Shown here: positions 47,501-62,500 of the stretch, piece after piece | How positions within the stretch are numbered: the stretch's first letter is position 1 | How the letters are laid out: the number at the start of each line of letters is the position of its first letter | The notes under the pieces: generated by a model | The model's input: only the letters and a program-made list of their open reading frames with translations | The model's database searches: none | What the model was told of the DNA's origin: nothing | Source: Bacteroidales bacterium | GTDB taxonomy: Bacteria > Bacteroidota > Bacteroidia > Bacteroidales > WCHB1-69 | Reading direction: 5' to 3' | Length of the DNA: 64,000 nucleotides | Assembly (NCBI GenBank): GCA_017535665.1 | Contig: JAFXTS010000020.1 | Coordinates: 14,931-78,930 of the forward strand | Position numbers and translations under genes: made by a program

Positions 47501-50500
47501 TCGTGCTCCTGCCATTTCAGGAACGATACCGAACGACACTCTCGCCTGCCCGAGCGACATCCCCACGACATTCGCAGATTTGAGCGAACTGGTGGCTCAT
47601 TTGTCGGGCGGCGACAATACGATTACCGACAACTGTACTTCATTCAATCGCCTCCGTATGAATTTGTCGGAGTCAACATCAACCAACGGATGCAGATCTA
47701 CGCTTGTGCGTACCTATACCGTGAGCGACGAATGTGACAATTCCACCACGATCACCCATACGATTATCGTGGAAGATACGATTGCTCCTGTTGTCGATGG
47801 AACGTTGAGCGACATGCGAGTGGCTTGCCTAAGTGAGGTGGCGGATGCCATTACCGATCTCCAGACACTGGTTGAGACTTTCAGTCTTACAGTATCGGAT
47901 AACTGTAGCAGATTCTCGGATTTGGATTTGCAGGTGACGACTGAACCTTTCACCGCCCTGTGTAATGCAAGTTATGTGCGTACCTATACCATCACCGACA
48001 CGTGTGGCAATTCCACTGTGATTACCCAGAATATCATCTTCAATGATGATGCCGCCCCCGTAATTACCGGTACACTCCGTGATACTACCATCTATGCGGA
48101 AGCCGATTGCAGTTATGCAAATGTTGCTGCCTACAGAACCGTGTCTCAATTGGTGGCTGCCGGTTTGGAAGTGACCGATTGTAATCTGGTGGAGGAGATT
48201 GCATACGAGGATGACAATACCGATCCTATCAGAGAGTGTGTGAAGAGAATTGTGAGAACTTACACGGTGTCGGATAGTTGTGGGCATTCCACAACCATAA
48301 CACAAACTATTTATGTAGAAGATACCATTTCGCCCGCTGTGGACAACATCCTCCACGATACTACCCTTTATTATACCGATGCGCAATGCCATTACGATGA
48401 AGTGACCCCGCTCGCTATTACCGACTTCCATGTTACCGATTGTAATGAGGTGAACTTGGTGGTGACGCATCGCGATACCGTGGGCGCTCCTGGAGATTGT
48501 GAATGGAGTTATGTGAGAGTTTATTCGTTCACTGACATCTGTAATAACACCCCCACTGTTCTGGAGCAGACGATTACGATTAAGGATACAACTCGTCCTC
48601 AGGTGGTGGATAATTTGGAAGATACTACTCTATATTATATAGGTAATGAATGCGATTTGGATGCCTTCCCGCGTCTGACTTTAGCAGATTTTGAGGTGGA
48701 AGATTGTCGCTATGAACATCTGCAATTCTCTGTTGTGGAACGAGATACCACGAATGGGGGAGAGGGTTGCTCATGGACTTACACCCGTGTTTATACCTTC
48801 GCTGATGACTGTAACAACACCTCTGTTTCTATAGATCAATTGATTACGGTGCGTGACACCACCCGTCCGGCCATTGCTGGAACGCTGGCAGATACCACCA
48901 TCTACCGCTTGGCCGACTGCACCTACGAGCTGCCGACTAACCTGACGATTGCTGGGTTGGAGGCCGCCGGCCTGACCATCACCGACTGCAACTTGGATAA
49001 CAACGTGGCTGTGAGCGATGCCAACTTGGTGGGAGACGACTGTAGCGCAACAGTGGTGAGAACCTACACCATCTCTGACCTCTGTGGCAATACCAACACC
49101 ATCACCCAGAACATCATCATTGAAGATACTACCCGCCCGTATCTGACTGCCCCGATTGCTGACTCGCTCCTGACGGCGACCAACTGTGAATTTGTGGTGC
49201 CCGACTTTGTGACGATTGCCCGCACCTTGGCTGCTGACAACTGCACGGCCACGGCAGATATCGACATCCAGCAGTCAGTGGCTGCCGGCACGCCCGTCAC
49301 CGCTGCGATGGATGTGACCGTTACCCTCGAGGATGCCTGCGGCAACTCCAATAGTTACACCATCCATATCACCCTGCCTGAAGAATTGACGCTGACGCTC
49401 CATCAGGGAGATACCGCCATCTGCGAGGGCCAGAGCGTGACACTGCCCACCACTTTCACCGGTGGCGTCGCACCTTACGTGTACGCTTGGACCCCGACCA
49501 GCGGACTGACACCTACAGATGTCGACACGGTGGTGGCAACCCCCGAGGATGGAACCTATAACTACGAAGTCACCCTCACCGATGGCAACGGCTGTACGGC
49601 CACAGCCTCTGTGACGGTTATCGTGGATACCATGCCCGCAGAACCCGTACTCAGTTCAACGGCAGATGTGGCTTGCCAGGGCGGTTCCAATGGTACTATC
49701 ACCATTGAATCTCCTGTGGGCACGGGCTACAGTTATTCTCTCAATAATGCCGCATTACAAGACACTGCCAATGTGTATGTAGGCCTTTCAGCAGGCTTCT
49801 ATACCGTAATGGTTCAGTCGAATACGGTGAACAACACCAACTGTCAGGCCACCTCCACCATTGAGGTGGAAAGCTCGCCCACCAACCCGCGTGTCGCTAT
49901 CGACTCGCTGGCTGTTGACCTGCTGCTCTGTCCCAACCAAGGTACACAGGAAATTACTGCCCGTATTATCAGCGGCACCGAGCCGTTTGTGGTGACTTGG
50001 ACAGGCGCAACGGTTGATCCGACCGACAGCCTGACGGCCACAGTAGCGGTGGATGCTACTGCCTGCGACTCTGTATATACGGTCAATATCGTGATTACTG
50101 ACGGCAATGAGTGCGAGGCCTCCAGCGAGTATGCCTTCCGTATTGTGGATACGCTGGCTCCCGCCATCCACGGCGTGCTGGTGAACGACACCGTGGCTTG
50201 TCCCAACGATGTGCCCGCCCCGTATTCCGATCTGACTGCGCTGAATGCCGCCCTCGTTGGCGCTGATGCCGGTATCGAGGATAGTTGCACTATTTTCGCC
50301 AACCTCGACATGACAGTTGAGACTGCCAACTATACCCAGAGTTGCGAATATCAGATTGTCAGAACTTATACCGTGACGGATGAGTGCGGCAACGCCTCCA
50401 CCATTACCCATGCCATCATCGTTCATGATACCATCGCTCCTGTCATTACGGGTACGATTGATGCTGAGACAGTGGTCTGTGTGGCAGACTTTACCGATGC

Positions 50501-53500
50501 AGTTCAGACTGTAGATGACCTCTTGGCTCTGTTGCAGGGCGGTACCATCACCGATAACTGCTGCGATGCCGAGCATCTTACCCTGACTTCTACCACACAA
50601 AACTTTACCTCATATTGTAATGGCGATTACATTAGAACTTATACCGTAACAGATAGTTGTGGTAATTCTACCTCTATTGAACAACATTTGATTGTCAATG
50701 ATAATGTGACTCCTGTGATTGAAGGCACTTTAGCCGACATCACTATCTTTGCAGACTCTGCTTGCACCCACACCCTTCCCACGGCTTACACGGCGGTGGC
50801 TGAGTTGGAGACTGCTGGTCTGACCATTACCGACTGCAACCTGGTGGCTGAAATTCAGTCTGCGGATGCAGATATGGTGGATTATGATGATTGCAACACG
50901 TTGGTTGTCAGAACTTATACGGTATCCGACAGCTGCAACAATACATCCACCATCACTCAGAATATCTATATCCAAGATACCATTCATCCTTGGTTGAGTG
51001 AGATGATTGCCGACAGTTTGCTGACGGGTGTGAATTGTGAGTTTGAGATTCCGGATTTCGAGGCAATTGCTGTTACGTTAGCGCAAGACAACTGCACGGC
51101 ACAAGCCGATATTGATGTGGAACAGTCGCCTGCGGCGGGTACTTCTACTGATGCTGATGGCGATGTGACGATTACCTTGACCGATGGTTGCGGCTTGCAG
51201 ACCACTTACACGGTTCATTACACACTGCCCACAGTGCCTGTGCTGACGCTCCATCAGGGCGATACCGCGGTGTGCGAAGGCCAGAGCGTGACGTTGCCCA
51301 CTACGCTGGTGGACGGCACGGCTCCGTTTACCTACGCATGGACTCCGGCTGACGGCCTCAATGCTACCAATACCGATACGGTGGTGGCCACTCCCGACAG
51401 AGGTACTTACACTTATACGGTGACAGTCACCGATGCGAACGGTTGTACTTCACAGGCTTCCGTCACCGTTGAGGTGGATACCATTCCCGCTACGCCTGTG
51501 ATGACGCAGGAACCCAATGTGGCTTGTCAAGGTGATGCCAACGGTTCTATTACCATCACTTATCCTGTTGGTAGCGGTTATAGTTACTCTTTGAATAATG
51601 CTGATCCGCAGGATACAACGAATGTGTATCATGGTTTGATTCAGGGTCAATATACGGTGGTGGTGATTACCGATGCTGCAGCAGGATGCCAGTCCAGCGG
51701 CACCATTGAGGTGGAGAACTCACCTGCCATTCCGACCATCGCCATTGACACATTGCTGGTGGATCTCTGTCCCAACCAGGGCACGCAGGAGGTGACCGCC
51801 CAGATTATCAACGGCCTTGCACCGTTCATCGTGACTTGGGAAAATGCTACGATGAACCCCGCCGACAGCCTGTCGGCCACGGTATCCTTCGATGCGGCTG
51901 TTTGCGACTCCAACTATAGTGTCACGGTCCGCATTGTGGATGGCAATGAATGTGAAACCTTCTCCAACTATGTCTTCCGCGTGGCTGACTCGCTCGCTCC
52001 CGTGATGACCGAGTTCGTGGATACGCTCCGTGTGGAAGGATGCGATGAATCTTCCGCTCCTAATGTATTGACTACGGAAGGTGAGTTGGCGGCATTGGGC
52101 GTGACTTATACGGATGAATGTACGGCTACCGGCAACTTCATCGTGAATTGCACTGCCGATACCGCTGGCACTTGTCCGATTGTCATTACCCGTTACTATA
52201 CTGTGACCGACGAATGCGGCCATGTGAGTGAGCCGGCTATCCATAGAATTTTGATTGATGACGAGACGGCACCCGAGGTGACCGTGGCTGCGGTGATGGA
52301 TACGCTCAACAGTTGCGGCGCACAGAACGCTCCTGCTGCCGCCACCACGCCTGCCGAATTGCAAGCCATTGGCTTTGCTTTCTCAGACCTCTGCACTGCA
52401 ACCGCAGACCTGACTCTCGCGCTCGTGGCCGATACGACCTCCGATGGCTGTACGGTTGAGATGACTCGTGCATATACGGTGACCGATGCTTGTGGAAACG
52501 AAAGTGCCGTGATGACGCATATCATCCGCATCCACGACAGCATCGCTCCCGTCATCAACAATGAGATTCCCGAGTTGACGCTTTACGGCTGCGATACTAC
52601 TACGGTGTTGGCAGCTTACCCGACCGCTACTACCGTGGCCGAGTTGCTCGCTTTGGGCGGCATTACCATCACGGAGGCTTGCACCCCGCAAGACGAAATG
52701 GTGGTGCATCATCGTGCCGACTCCACCGGTCTCTGCGAGATCATGGTTGCCCGTACCTACTGGGTGGAGGATGCCTGCGGCAACCTCAGCAACGAGGTCT
52801 CCCACGTGATTCGTATTCTGGATACATTCGCTCCTACTGTGAATGTGACATTGTCTGATACGACTATCTATTATACCACCACCCATTGCGACTATGATGA
52901 AGTGGCAATACTGAGTCAGGATTATTTCAATGCGCAAGACTGCCATCAGGTGAATATGGAGGTGGTTCATCACGATACCGTTGGCGCGCCTGGCGACTGC
53001 GAATGGAGCTATATCCGCGACTACCGCTTCACCGACGAATGCGGTAATGGTCCGGTCATCGTTTCACACCAAATCATGGTGAAAGACACGATGCGCCCGC
53101 AGGTGGTCGATGATTTGCGTGATACTATATTATATTATGTGGGCAATGATTGCACACTGCCCACTTATCCGCGATTAACGTTGAGTGACTTTAATGTAGA
53201 AGATTGTAGATATAATAATTTGCAATTCTCTGTCATTGAAAGAGATACAACGAATAATGGCGAGGGTTGTGAATGGAGTTATACCCGAGTTTATACGTTT
53301 GCTGATGATTGTAATAATACTTCCGTCAGCATTGACCAGTTGATTACAATCCAAGACACTACCCGTCCCGCCATCGCCGGTACTCTGCTCGACCTGACCG
53401 TGTATCGCTTGGAGGATTGCAGTTATGTGCTGCCCGACACACTCACGGTAGCTGTAATGTCATCATCATTGACCATCACCGATTGTAATTTAGACTACAA

Positions 53501-56500
53501 CAATGTGGGCATTGCTCATTCGGATATGGAAGGAGATAATTGTGATGGTACAATAATCAGAACGTACACACTTTCAGATCTTTGTGGCAATTCAACCACC
53601 ATCAACCAAACTATCCATATCTTGGATACGACGAGTCCTTATCTGACAGAAATTATTCCCGATACGGTGTTGGTTTCGAATGACTGTCATTTCGTGGTGC
53701 CTGACTTTGTGACGATTGCCTACGGTCAGTCGCACGACAACTGCACGGCTGCCGCTGATCTCACCATCACGCAGTCGGTGGCTGCCGGCACGGATGTGAC
53801 TGCCGATATGGATGTAACCGTGACATTGGCCGATGCTTGTGGCAACGACAGCAGTTATATGGTGCATATCACCCTGCCGTCGATTCCGGAAATCACCCTG
53901 CACCAGGGCGATACCGCTATCTGCGAGGGCGAGAGTGTACTGCTGCCCACTACCTACGAAAACGGCACCGCGCCGTATGAGTTCAGCTGGACCCCGACGG
54001 ATGGCTTGAGCAGCACTACGGCTGACACTGTCACCGCCACGCCCGCTCATGGCGTGTATGCATACGTGGTGACCATCACCGATGCCAACGGCTGTACGGC
54101 CACGGCGACCGCCACCGTGACGGTGGACACGCTGCCCGCAGTTCCGGAACTCACCTCGCTGCCGAATGTGGCTTGCCATGGTGATGTCAATGGCTCTATT
54201 ACTGTGCTGAACCCGCTGGGCACAGGTTACACCTACTCGCTCAACGGCGAGGACTTCCAGAGCGAACCGCTCTTCGAAGGACTGACCGACAGCAACTATG
54301 TGGTGACGGTGCTGACCGCCGAAGGTTGCCAGTCAACCGGTGCGATTGCAGTGGATCGCTCGCCCGCCATTCCGGCAGTGGCTATCGACTCCTTAGCCGC
54401 CGACCTATTGCTCTGTCCCAACCAGGGTACGCAGACCATCACGGCGCAGATTCTCAACGGTCTGCCGCCTTATACGGTGAACTGGAACGGTGCCACCCAG
54501 AGTGCAAACGACAGTCTGACTGCAACGGTTGACGTGGATGCCGCCAACTGCAATGCCATCTATTCGGTAACGGTTACGATTGTGGATGCCAACGAATGCG
54601 AGGCCCACAATACCTACAACTTCTCCATTGTGGATACGATGGCTCCGGTCATCACGGGCATTGTGCCGAATGATACGGTGGCATGCCCGAATGATGTGCC
54701 CGCCGTCTTCGCCGACCTGACGGCTTTGGCCAACGCACTGGTAGGGGATGAGACCTCCATTGCCGACAGCTGTACGACATTCGCCAATCTTGAAATGTCA
54801 GTGGAAACCGCTGAATATGTACAAAGTTGCGAATATCAGGTCGTGAGAACTTATACAGTGACGGATGAATGTGGTAATTCATCATCCATTACCCATACCA
54901 TCTACATCCACGATACCATTGCTCCTGTTATCAGTGGTACGCTCGCGGATGTTACGGTGGTTTGTTTGGAAGAGATGCCCGCTGCTGTTCAGACGGTGGC
55001 CGAATTGTTGGCATTACTTCAGGGTGATGAGGCGGCCATTACTGACAACTGTAGTGATTTCGCTGGTCTGACATTGACCTCCTCAACACCTGAATTTACC
55101 GCTCTTTGCCATGCTTCGTACGTCAGAACTTACACCGTTTCTGACACTTGCGGCAATACGACGACCGTCACACAAAACCTCATTTTTGAAGATAATGTGG
55201 ATCCTGTGGTGGAGGGTACGTTGGCTGACATCACCATCTATGCAGATTCTTCTTGCAACTATACTCTACCTGCTGCTTGGACGACAGTTGCTGATTTGAC
55301 GGATGCTGGATTAGATATTTCTGATTGCAACTTGGCTTCCGATGTAACGGTGTCTGATGCAGATATGACGGTGGTGGATGCGTGTACCAACTTGGTAGTC
55401 AGAACTTATACGGTTTCTGACTCCTGTGGTAATAGTACGACTACTTCACAGAATATCTATATTGAAGACACCATCCATCCGTGGATGCAGCCGATTGCTG
55501 ACACGCTGCTGGTATCAACAGACTGTCACTTCCTCGTTCCTGATTTTGAGGTTGCTGCTGCGTTGCTGGCACACGACAACTGCACGGCAGATGCTGACAT
55601 TGACATTCAGCAGTCGATTCCTGCTGGCACCGAGTTGACCGATGCTGCCGATGTGGTGCTGACGTTGACCGACCTTTGCGGATTGCAGTCCACCTATACC
55701 ATTCATGTGACGATTCCTGAGGTATTGGAGATCGCCATCACCCAGAATGACACTGCTTTCTGCGATGGTGGTAATGCAATATTGGCCACTGAGGTGACGG
55801 GTGGTACGCCCAATTACACTTACAGCTGGACACCGACTACTGGCTTGGATGATCCTGCTTCAGCTGCACCGGTTGCCGCTCCCACCGAAGGTACCTATAA
55901 CTACGAGGTGGAGGTGACGGATGCCAATGGTTGTACGGTTCAGGCTGGTGTGGAAGTCGTGGTATGGGAAAGCCCCGACACTGCCGAAGTCGTTATCACC
56001 CCGAATTCGATGTGTGAGGACGGCTACAATGGTATCATTGAGGTGACTTCGCCGCTGGGTGCTTATTACCTCTATTCCTTGAATGGTGGTGAATACCAGT
56101 CAAGCCCGGTGTTTGATGAACTGAGAGCAGGTACCTACGTCATTACCGTCCAGACGCAGGATGGCTGTACTTCAGAGAGCGTGACGGTGGTGGTTCCCAA
56201 CTCCGATGATATGCCGAATGCCTCCATCATCATTACCCAGCCGATTATTTGTCCTACCGCTGGAAACCAGACTGTTACGGCAATGGTGGAGGGCGGTGAA
56301 GGACCCTACTTCTACGACTGGCAGGGTGATGCTATCCTCTCGGTGGATGATGATGAGGCGGTGATATCCATTGATCCGGATGCATGCGATAGCGTTTACT
56401 CCTTCTTTATTGAAGTGGTTGATATCAATAACTGTGTGTCAACAGCGTATGCCACCATTACCGCTCGCGATGTGGAGGCTCCTACCATCGATGAGTCTCT

Positions 56501-59500
56501 AGTCCCCATAGTATTGGATGGGTGCTCTGTGGACGATGCTCCTGCTGCTGCTACTATTGTTGGCGAGTTGGAGGTTATGGGTATAACGATATCGGATAAC
56601 TGTACAGATAATGAAGATTTAGTGGTTACTTACGAAGATCAGGTGACGGGTAGTTGCCCCATCCTGATTACCCGTACCTACACCTTGACCGACCATTGCG
56701 GTCTGCAAACTTCAACTTCTCAAACTATCACAATCCAAGATTTGGAGGCACCTATTGCTGAAGAATCTGATGTGGAAGAGGATGTTCAGGGATGCTCATT
56801 GGCGGATGCACCGGCAGCGGTTACTTCGGTACGTGAATTAAGTCAGTTGGGATTCAATATTTCTGACAATTGTACGAGTCTCGACGATATGACCTTCACC
56901 TATGAAGAACTTTCGTACGACAACTGTCCGATTGTGTTAGAACGTCATTATGTGGTGTATGACGCTTGTCAGAATGTCAGCGATACCTTATGGCATACGA
57001 TTTTCATCATGGATGAAGCGGCTCCTGTATTGTCTGGCGATATCGCTCCTCGTCTGATAGAGGGTTGTGATATCACTGCTCTCGGTGATGACACGCTCAT
57101 ACATACGGTGGCTGGATTGCAGGAACTGGGCTTGCAGGTGACGGAAGATTGTTCGTTTGATGCACTTGTGGTTTATGCCGATGAACAGGTTGATGGCCAT
57201 TGCCCGATTGTGGTTACTCGCACCTATCAGGTGGAAGACCTCTGTGGAAATCTGAGCAACACCTTTACACAGGTTATCAATATTCAAGATACTACTAAGC
57301 CAGTCTTTACCGATATGCTGACTGAGTTAACCCTTACTTCTGAGAACTGTCGCTTCCTCGTTCCTGACTTTGAAGAGGAGGCCATGGCTCACGTCAGCGA
57401 TAACTGTAGTGATGGTCTGACATTTGAGCAGTCTATTGAAGATGGCAGTTCACTCACGACCACCACCGATATCGTATTGAGCATGACGGACGAGTGCGGT
57501 AATACGGCTACTCATACCATTCATCTTATTGTTCCTGAAGAATTGCAAGTGTCTATCGCACAGAATGACACTGCTTTCTGTGAAGGCGGCAATGTGGTGC
57601 TGGCAGCAACGGTAACGGGTGGAAAGCCTGATTATGTCTATGCTTGGTCACCCGTAACAGGTCTGGATGTTACCGACCAGTCGCAGGTGACGGCCACTCC
57701 CGCTATGGGGAATTATTCTTACGAAGTTTTGGTGACGGATGACAACGGCTGTACCGCTACTGCGGCAGTCAATGTGACCGTGAATGAGTCGCCGGCTGCT
57801 GCTTCTATGGAGACTTCCAACAATACCATTTGTAATGGCACCCCCAACGGTATCATTACCATCACCTCACCGCTGGGTGACTACTACGAATACTCCCTCA
57901 ATGGTGGCGACTACCAGTCGGATCCGGTATTCAGCAACCTGGATGCTGGCACCTACACTATTATTGTACGTACTGCCGACGGCTGTCTCTCTGCCGAGGC
58001 TACCGCCACGATTGAGACGGTACTCAACTGGCCTGAGGTCGCCCTGTCGGTAGAAAGCAACCTTACCGTGTTCTGCCCCAGCGTGGGCACCCGCGAGGTG
58101 ACAGCAGAAGCCACTGGCGGACAGCCGGCTTACATCTACACTTGGACGGGCGTAACGACCTCCAACGATGAAACTGCTACGTTGGATGTCAACCCCGATG
58201 CTTGTGATACCACCTATCAGGTTATAGTTGTTGTGGAAGATGAGTATCATTGTACCGCCACTGCTTCCGTTACCCTTACGGCACGCGATGTGACTCCGCC
58301 TGCCATCTTAGGCCGTTTGGATACCTCTGTCTATTATGGCTGCGACGTGTCGGTGCTGCCCGCACCCGCTACAACCGGTCTCCAGTTGAATGGACTTGGA
58401 CTGATGTTGTCGGAGAACTGTACGAATCCCGACATCTGCGAGGTTTCCAGCTACGATGATGTGTCGGGCTACTGTCCCATCACCATCGTTCGTCATTACA
58501 CTATCATTGACCATTGTGGAAATGTGAGCAATGAATTGCAGCAGGTGATGTTGGTACTCGACAATATGGCTCCGACTGTTACGGCGGCGAACATTACAAC
58601 TAATGTGAACGGTTGCACTGTGGCAGATGCTCCCGCTGTCATCACCGACCCGACCGAGTTGGCTGCTTTCGGCTTCAACTTCAGCGACAACTGCTCCGAC
58701 ATCACCGACCTGACGGTGAGTTGTGTGGCCGACACCAGCGACACCCACTGCCCGATTACCATTGTGCGTAACTACTCTGTGACCGACCCGTGCGGAAATA
58801 GCAGAGGTGGTATGGTGAATACCATCGAGATCTTCGATAGCGTGGCACCCGCCCTTTCTGGCACGATTGCTACAGTAGCCATCGACGGTTGCGACCTCAC
58901 CGCTTTGGAGAATTATGCCGCTGTTACGACTGCGGATGCCCTTGCTGCTCTCGGCATCACGATTAATGAAGAATGCTCTGATGTGGAAGTGTTCAGCGAA
59001 GAGACCTCTGAAGGTGAATGTCCCATCGTGGTCACCAGAACGTATTGGGTGGTGGATGAATGCGGTAATGTGAGCAATACCGTTTCACAAACCATCAACA
59101 TCCAAGATACTACCAGTCCGTACTTTACGAACGTGATTACCGAACAGTATCTGGTGGGTCAGGGCGGACAGTTCTTCATCCCCGACCTCTCCGCCATTGC
59201 GCTGGCTTTGTCTGGCGACGACTGCACACCGCAAGGTCAGATCACCATGACACAGACTCCTGCTGTTGGCGTTCAGGTAACTCACGACCAGGATGTGACC
59301 GTGGTGATTTACGACCTCTGTAACAATACCGACACCATGCTGGTGCCCGTCATCCTGCCCGATGTGCTTCAAATCCACATCGTACAAGATGATGCCCGCT
59401 TCTGCTTCGGCGACAGCATCCTGCTCACTCCGTCAGTGGGCGGTGGCTCTATGCCGTATGCGTTTGAATGGACACCCAACGATGGCGGTCTCAACGCCTA

Positions 59501-62500
59501 CGACACGCTGAATGTGACGGCTCGTCCTTCTGTGGGTACGCACGTCTATACCGTGACGGTGACCGACTTCAACGGTAGTACGGCCTCCGACGACATCACC
59601 ATCATTGTGGATTCCATCCCGGCAGTGCCCACGCTGGTCGCTACCGGCAACACCGTATGCGACGGCACCCCGAATGGTACTATCACCGTAACGAATCCGC
59701 TGGGTGCTGATTATACCTACTCGCTGAATGGCGGCACTTATCAGAGCGAGCCTTCATTCGGTGAACTTACCCCCGGCACTTATACCGTTACGGTACAGAC
59801 TCCGGCAGGCTGTACTTCGGATCCTGCTACTGTGGAAGTTCCGGATGAGACCGCATCACCTGTCATCACCATCATCCAGACACTTGACACGCTCTGTCCG
59901 AATGTCGGCACTTATACGCTGACCGCAGAGATTGTCGGCGGTGAAGCTCCGTTCACCTACACTTGGAGCGGCGACGGTGTGGCTGATGCCAATGCCCTCA
60001 CCACCACGCTGACCGTGGATGCCAATGCTTGTAACACCTTCTATGTTTCTAATATCAATGTGGTAGATGCCAACAACTGTACGGCTACGGATGCCGACAC
60101 GGTTTACGTGCGCGACACTGATCTGCCGACCATCACGGGCGACCTTGCCGTGGTGACCTACAATGGCTGTACCATCGATGTGCTGCCCGCCGCTGCCACT
60201 ACCGCCACCGAGCTCGAAGCTCTCGGCGTGACACTGGCCGACAACTGTACCGCTGCCGATGCCCTTGTCGTGAACATGCGCGAGGTGGTGGACGGAAGCT
60301 GCCCCATCGTGGTAAGCCGTTACTACACCGTTACCGATGCCTGCGGTAATGTGAGCGAGGAGTTCCTCCACACGTTGCAGGTATTCGATAGCGTAGCTCC
60401 GCAGGTTACCACCAATGAGGTGACCACTCACCTGAATGGTTGCGACGAGACGGCGGCCGATGCAGTGGCTACAACACCAGCTCAGTTGCTGACTTTGGGA
60501 TTTGTATTTGATGATGGATGTACGGATGTGAATGAGTTGGTTGTCAATTCTGAAGAAACCATTGAAGGCACCTGTCCGACTACCATCACCCGTACTTATA
60601 CGGTTACGGATGAGTGTGGTAATGTGAGCGCCACGATGACGCACATCATCACCGTGTTCGACAGCATCGCACCAGTCATCAATGGTGCTATTGCCGATGT
60701 GACCGTGGATGGTTGTAGCGTGAATGACATCGCCGATCGTCCGATGGCTACTACCGTGGCCGAATTGCTGGCCCTCGGTGGAATCACCATTGACGAGGCT
60801 TGCTCATCCGACGATCTGACCTTGAATAGTAGTGAAAACATTACTTACGGCTGTCCGATTGTAGTGATGCGTACCTACTCGGTGACCGATCTCTGTGGCA
60901 ATATCAGCAACGAGGTGACCGAGACCATCACCATCCAGGATGTGACGGCTCCGGTATTCGCCGAACAGGTGGCTGAGCACCTGCTGGCATCGGCCGACTG
61001 TCAGTTTGTGGTTCCCGACCTTGTGGAAGAGGTGAGAGCGGTCAGCTCCGACAACTGCGTGACCGATCCTGCTGAGCTCATCATCACCCAAGAGCCCGCT
61101 GCCGGCACGGCTGTTACTACCGATATGACGGTGGCTGTGACGGTGACCGACACCTGCGGCAATGCGTCGGTGATGAACATCCAGCTCCGTCTGCCCACCG
61201 TGGTAACCCTCTCTATCGAGCCTTCTACCACCCAGTATTGCGAATGGGATACCGTAGCGCTGACGGCTATGCCGGAAGGCGGCAACGGTAACTATACTTA
61301 CGAATGGACACCCGCCACGGGGCTGCTCTCCACTACCGACTCCATCGTGATGGTGAATACAGAAGAGCAGAACTTCACCTACCATCTGGTGGTGACCGAC
61401 GGCAACGGCTGTACGGCACAGGCCGACTTCACGCTGCCCGAACCGAGCCACCTGACGGTGAGCGCGGCACAGCAGCATATCATCAGCTGCTTCGAAGGTA
61501 GCGATGGCGCCGTTGTCGCTACAGCGGTGAATGGCGCAGAAGACTATACGTATGCATGGAATAACGGCACAATGGGTGCCCTCTGCGAGAACTTGCCCGA
61601 AGGTACTTATACCGTTACGGCTACCGATGCTTACGGCTGTACGGCTACCGCCTCCATCGACATCACCCATCCGACAGAACTGACCGCTACGGTCTCTGAC
61701 GAGACCGCGGTGCTCTGCTTCGGTGATGCCAACGGTAGCGGCACGGTGACCCCGACGGGCGGCACCGCTCCGTACACGGTTAGCATCAACAACAACGCTA
61801 CCACTTATCCTGTGGGAGAGGGTGATTCGTACACCTTCACCGGCCTTACCGCTGACACCTATACCGTTCTGGTGACCGACGCCAACGGCTGTACGTTCAC
61901 CACCACCCTGACGGTGGGTACGCCCGAGGTGTTGGCAGTAACCGAGACGGCCAATACCATGCCGCTCTGCTTCAACGGCGACGATGGTACAGCTACGGTG
62001 AACCTCACCGGTGGCACACTGCCTTACACGGTGTCGGTGAACGGTACCGAAACACTGACCGCCGATGCCGAAGGCGAACAGCTGATACAGAACCTTTCCG
62101 CTGGCAGCTACACCGTTTCAGTGGTGGATGACCACGGCTGTTCTGCCCAGATCACCATCACCATCAACCAGCCCGATGCTTTGCAGCTGGCTGAGGTGGG
62201 CACGGTGAATGTGAGCTGCTTCGGCTTGAGCGATGCTACCGCTACTGTCTCGATGAACGGTGGAACTGCTCCTTATTCGCTGTGGATCAACAACAATGAG
62301 CAGCAGCAGACCGTCAACACCATCCAGAATGTGACCTTTACCAACCTGCCCGCGGGTACACATACCGTAACGGTTCAGGATGCCAACGGCTGCTTAACCA
62401 CTATGCCGGTCACCATCACCGAGCCTAACGAGTTGGCACTGACGGCTACGGATGCCGTGGCGGTGCTCTGCTTCGGCGATGCCAACGGCACCGTTCTGGT

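Noticed and set aside
47480-61300. Diversity-generating retroelement template/variable repeats in the giant gene
   Set aside because: Repeat differences look mostly synonymous and not adenine-specific, and there is no reverse transcriptase in the window.
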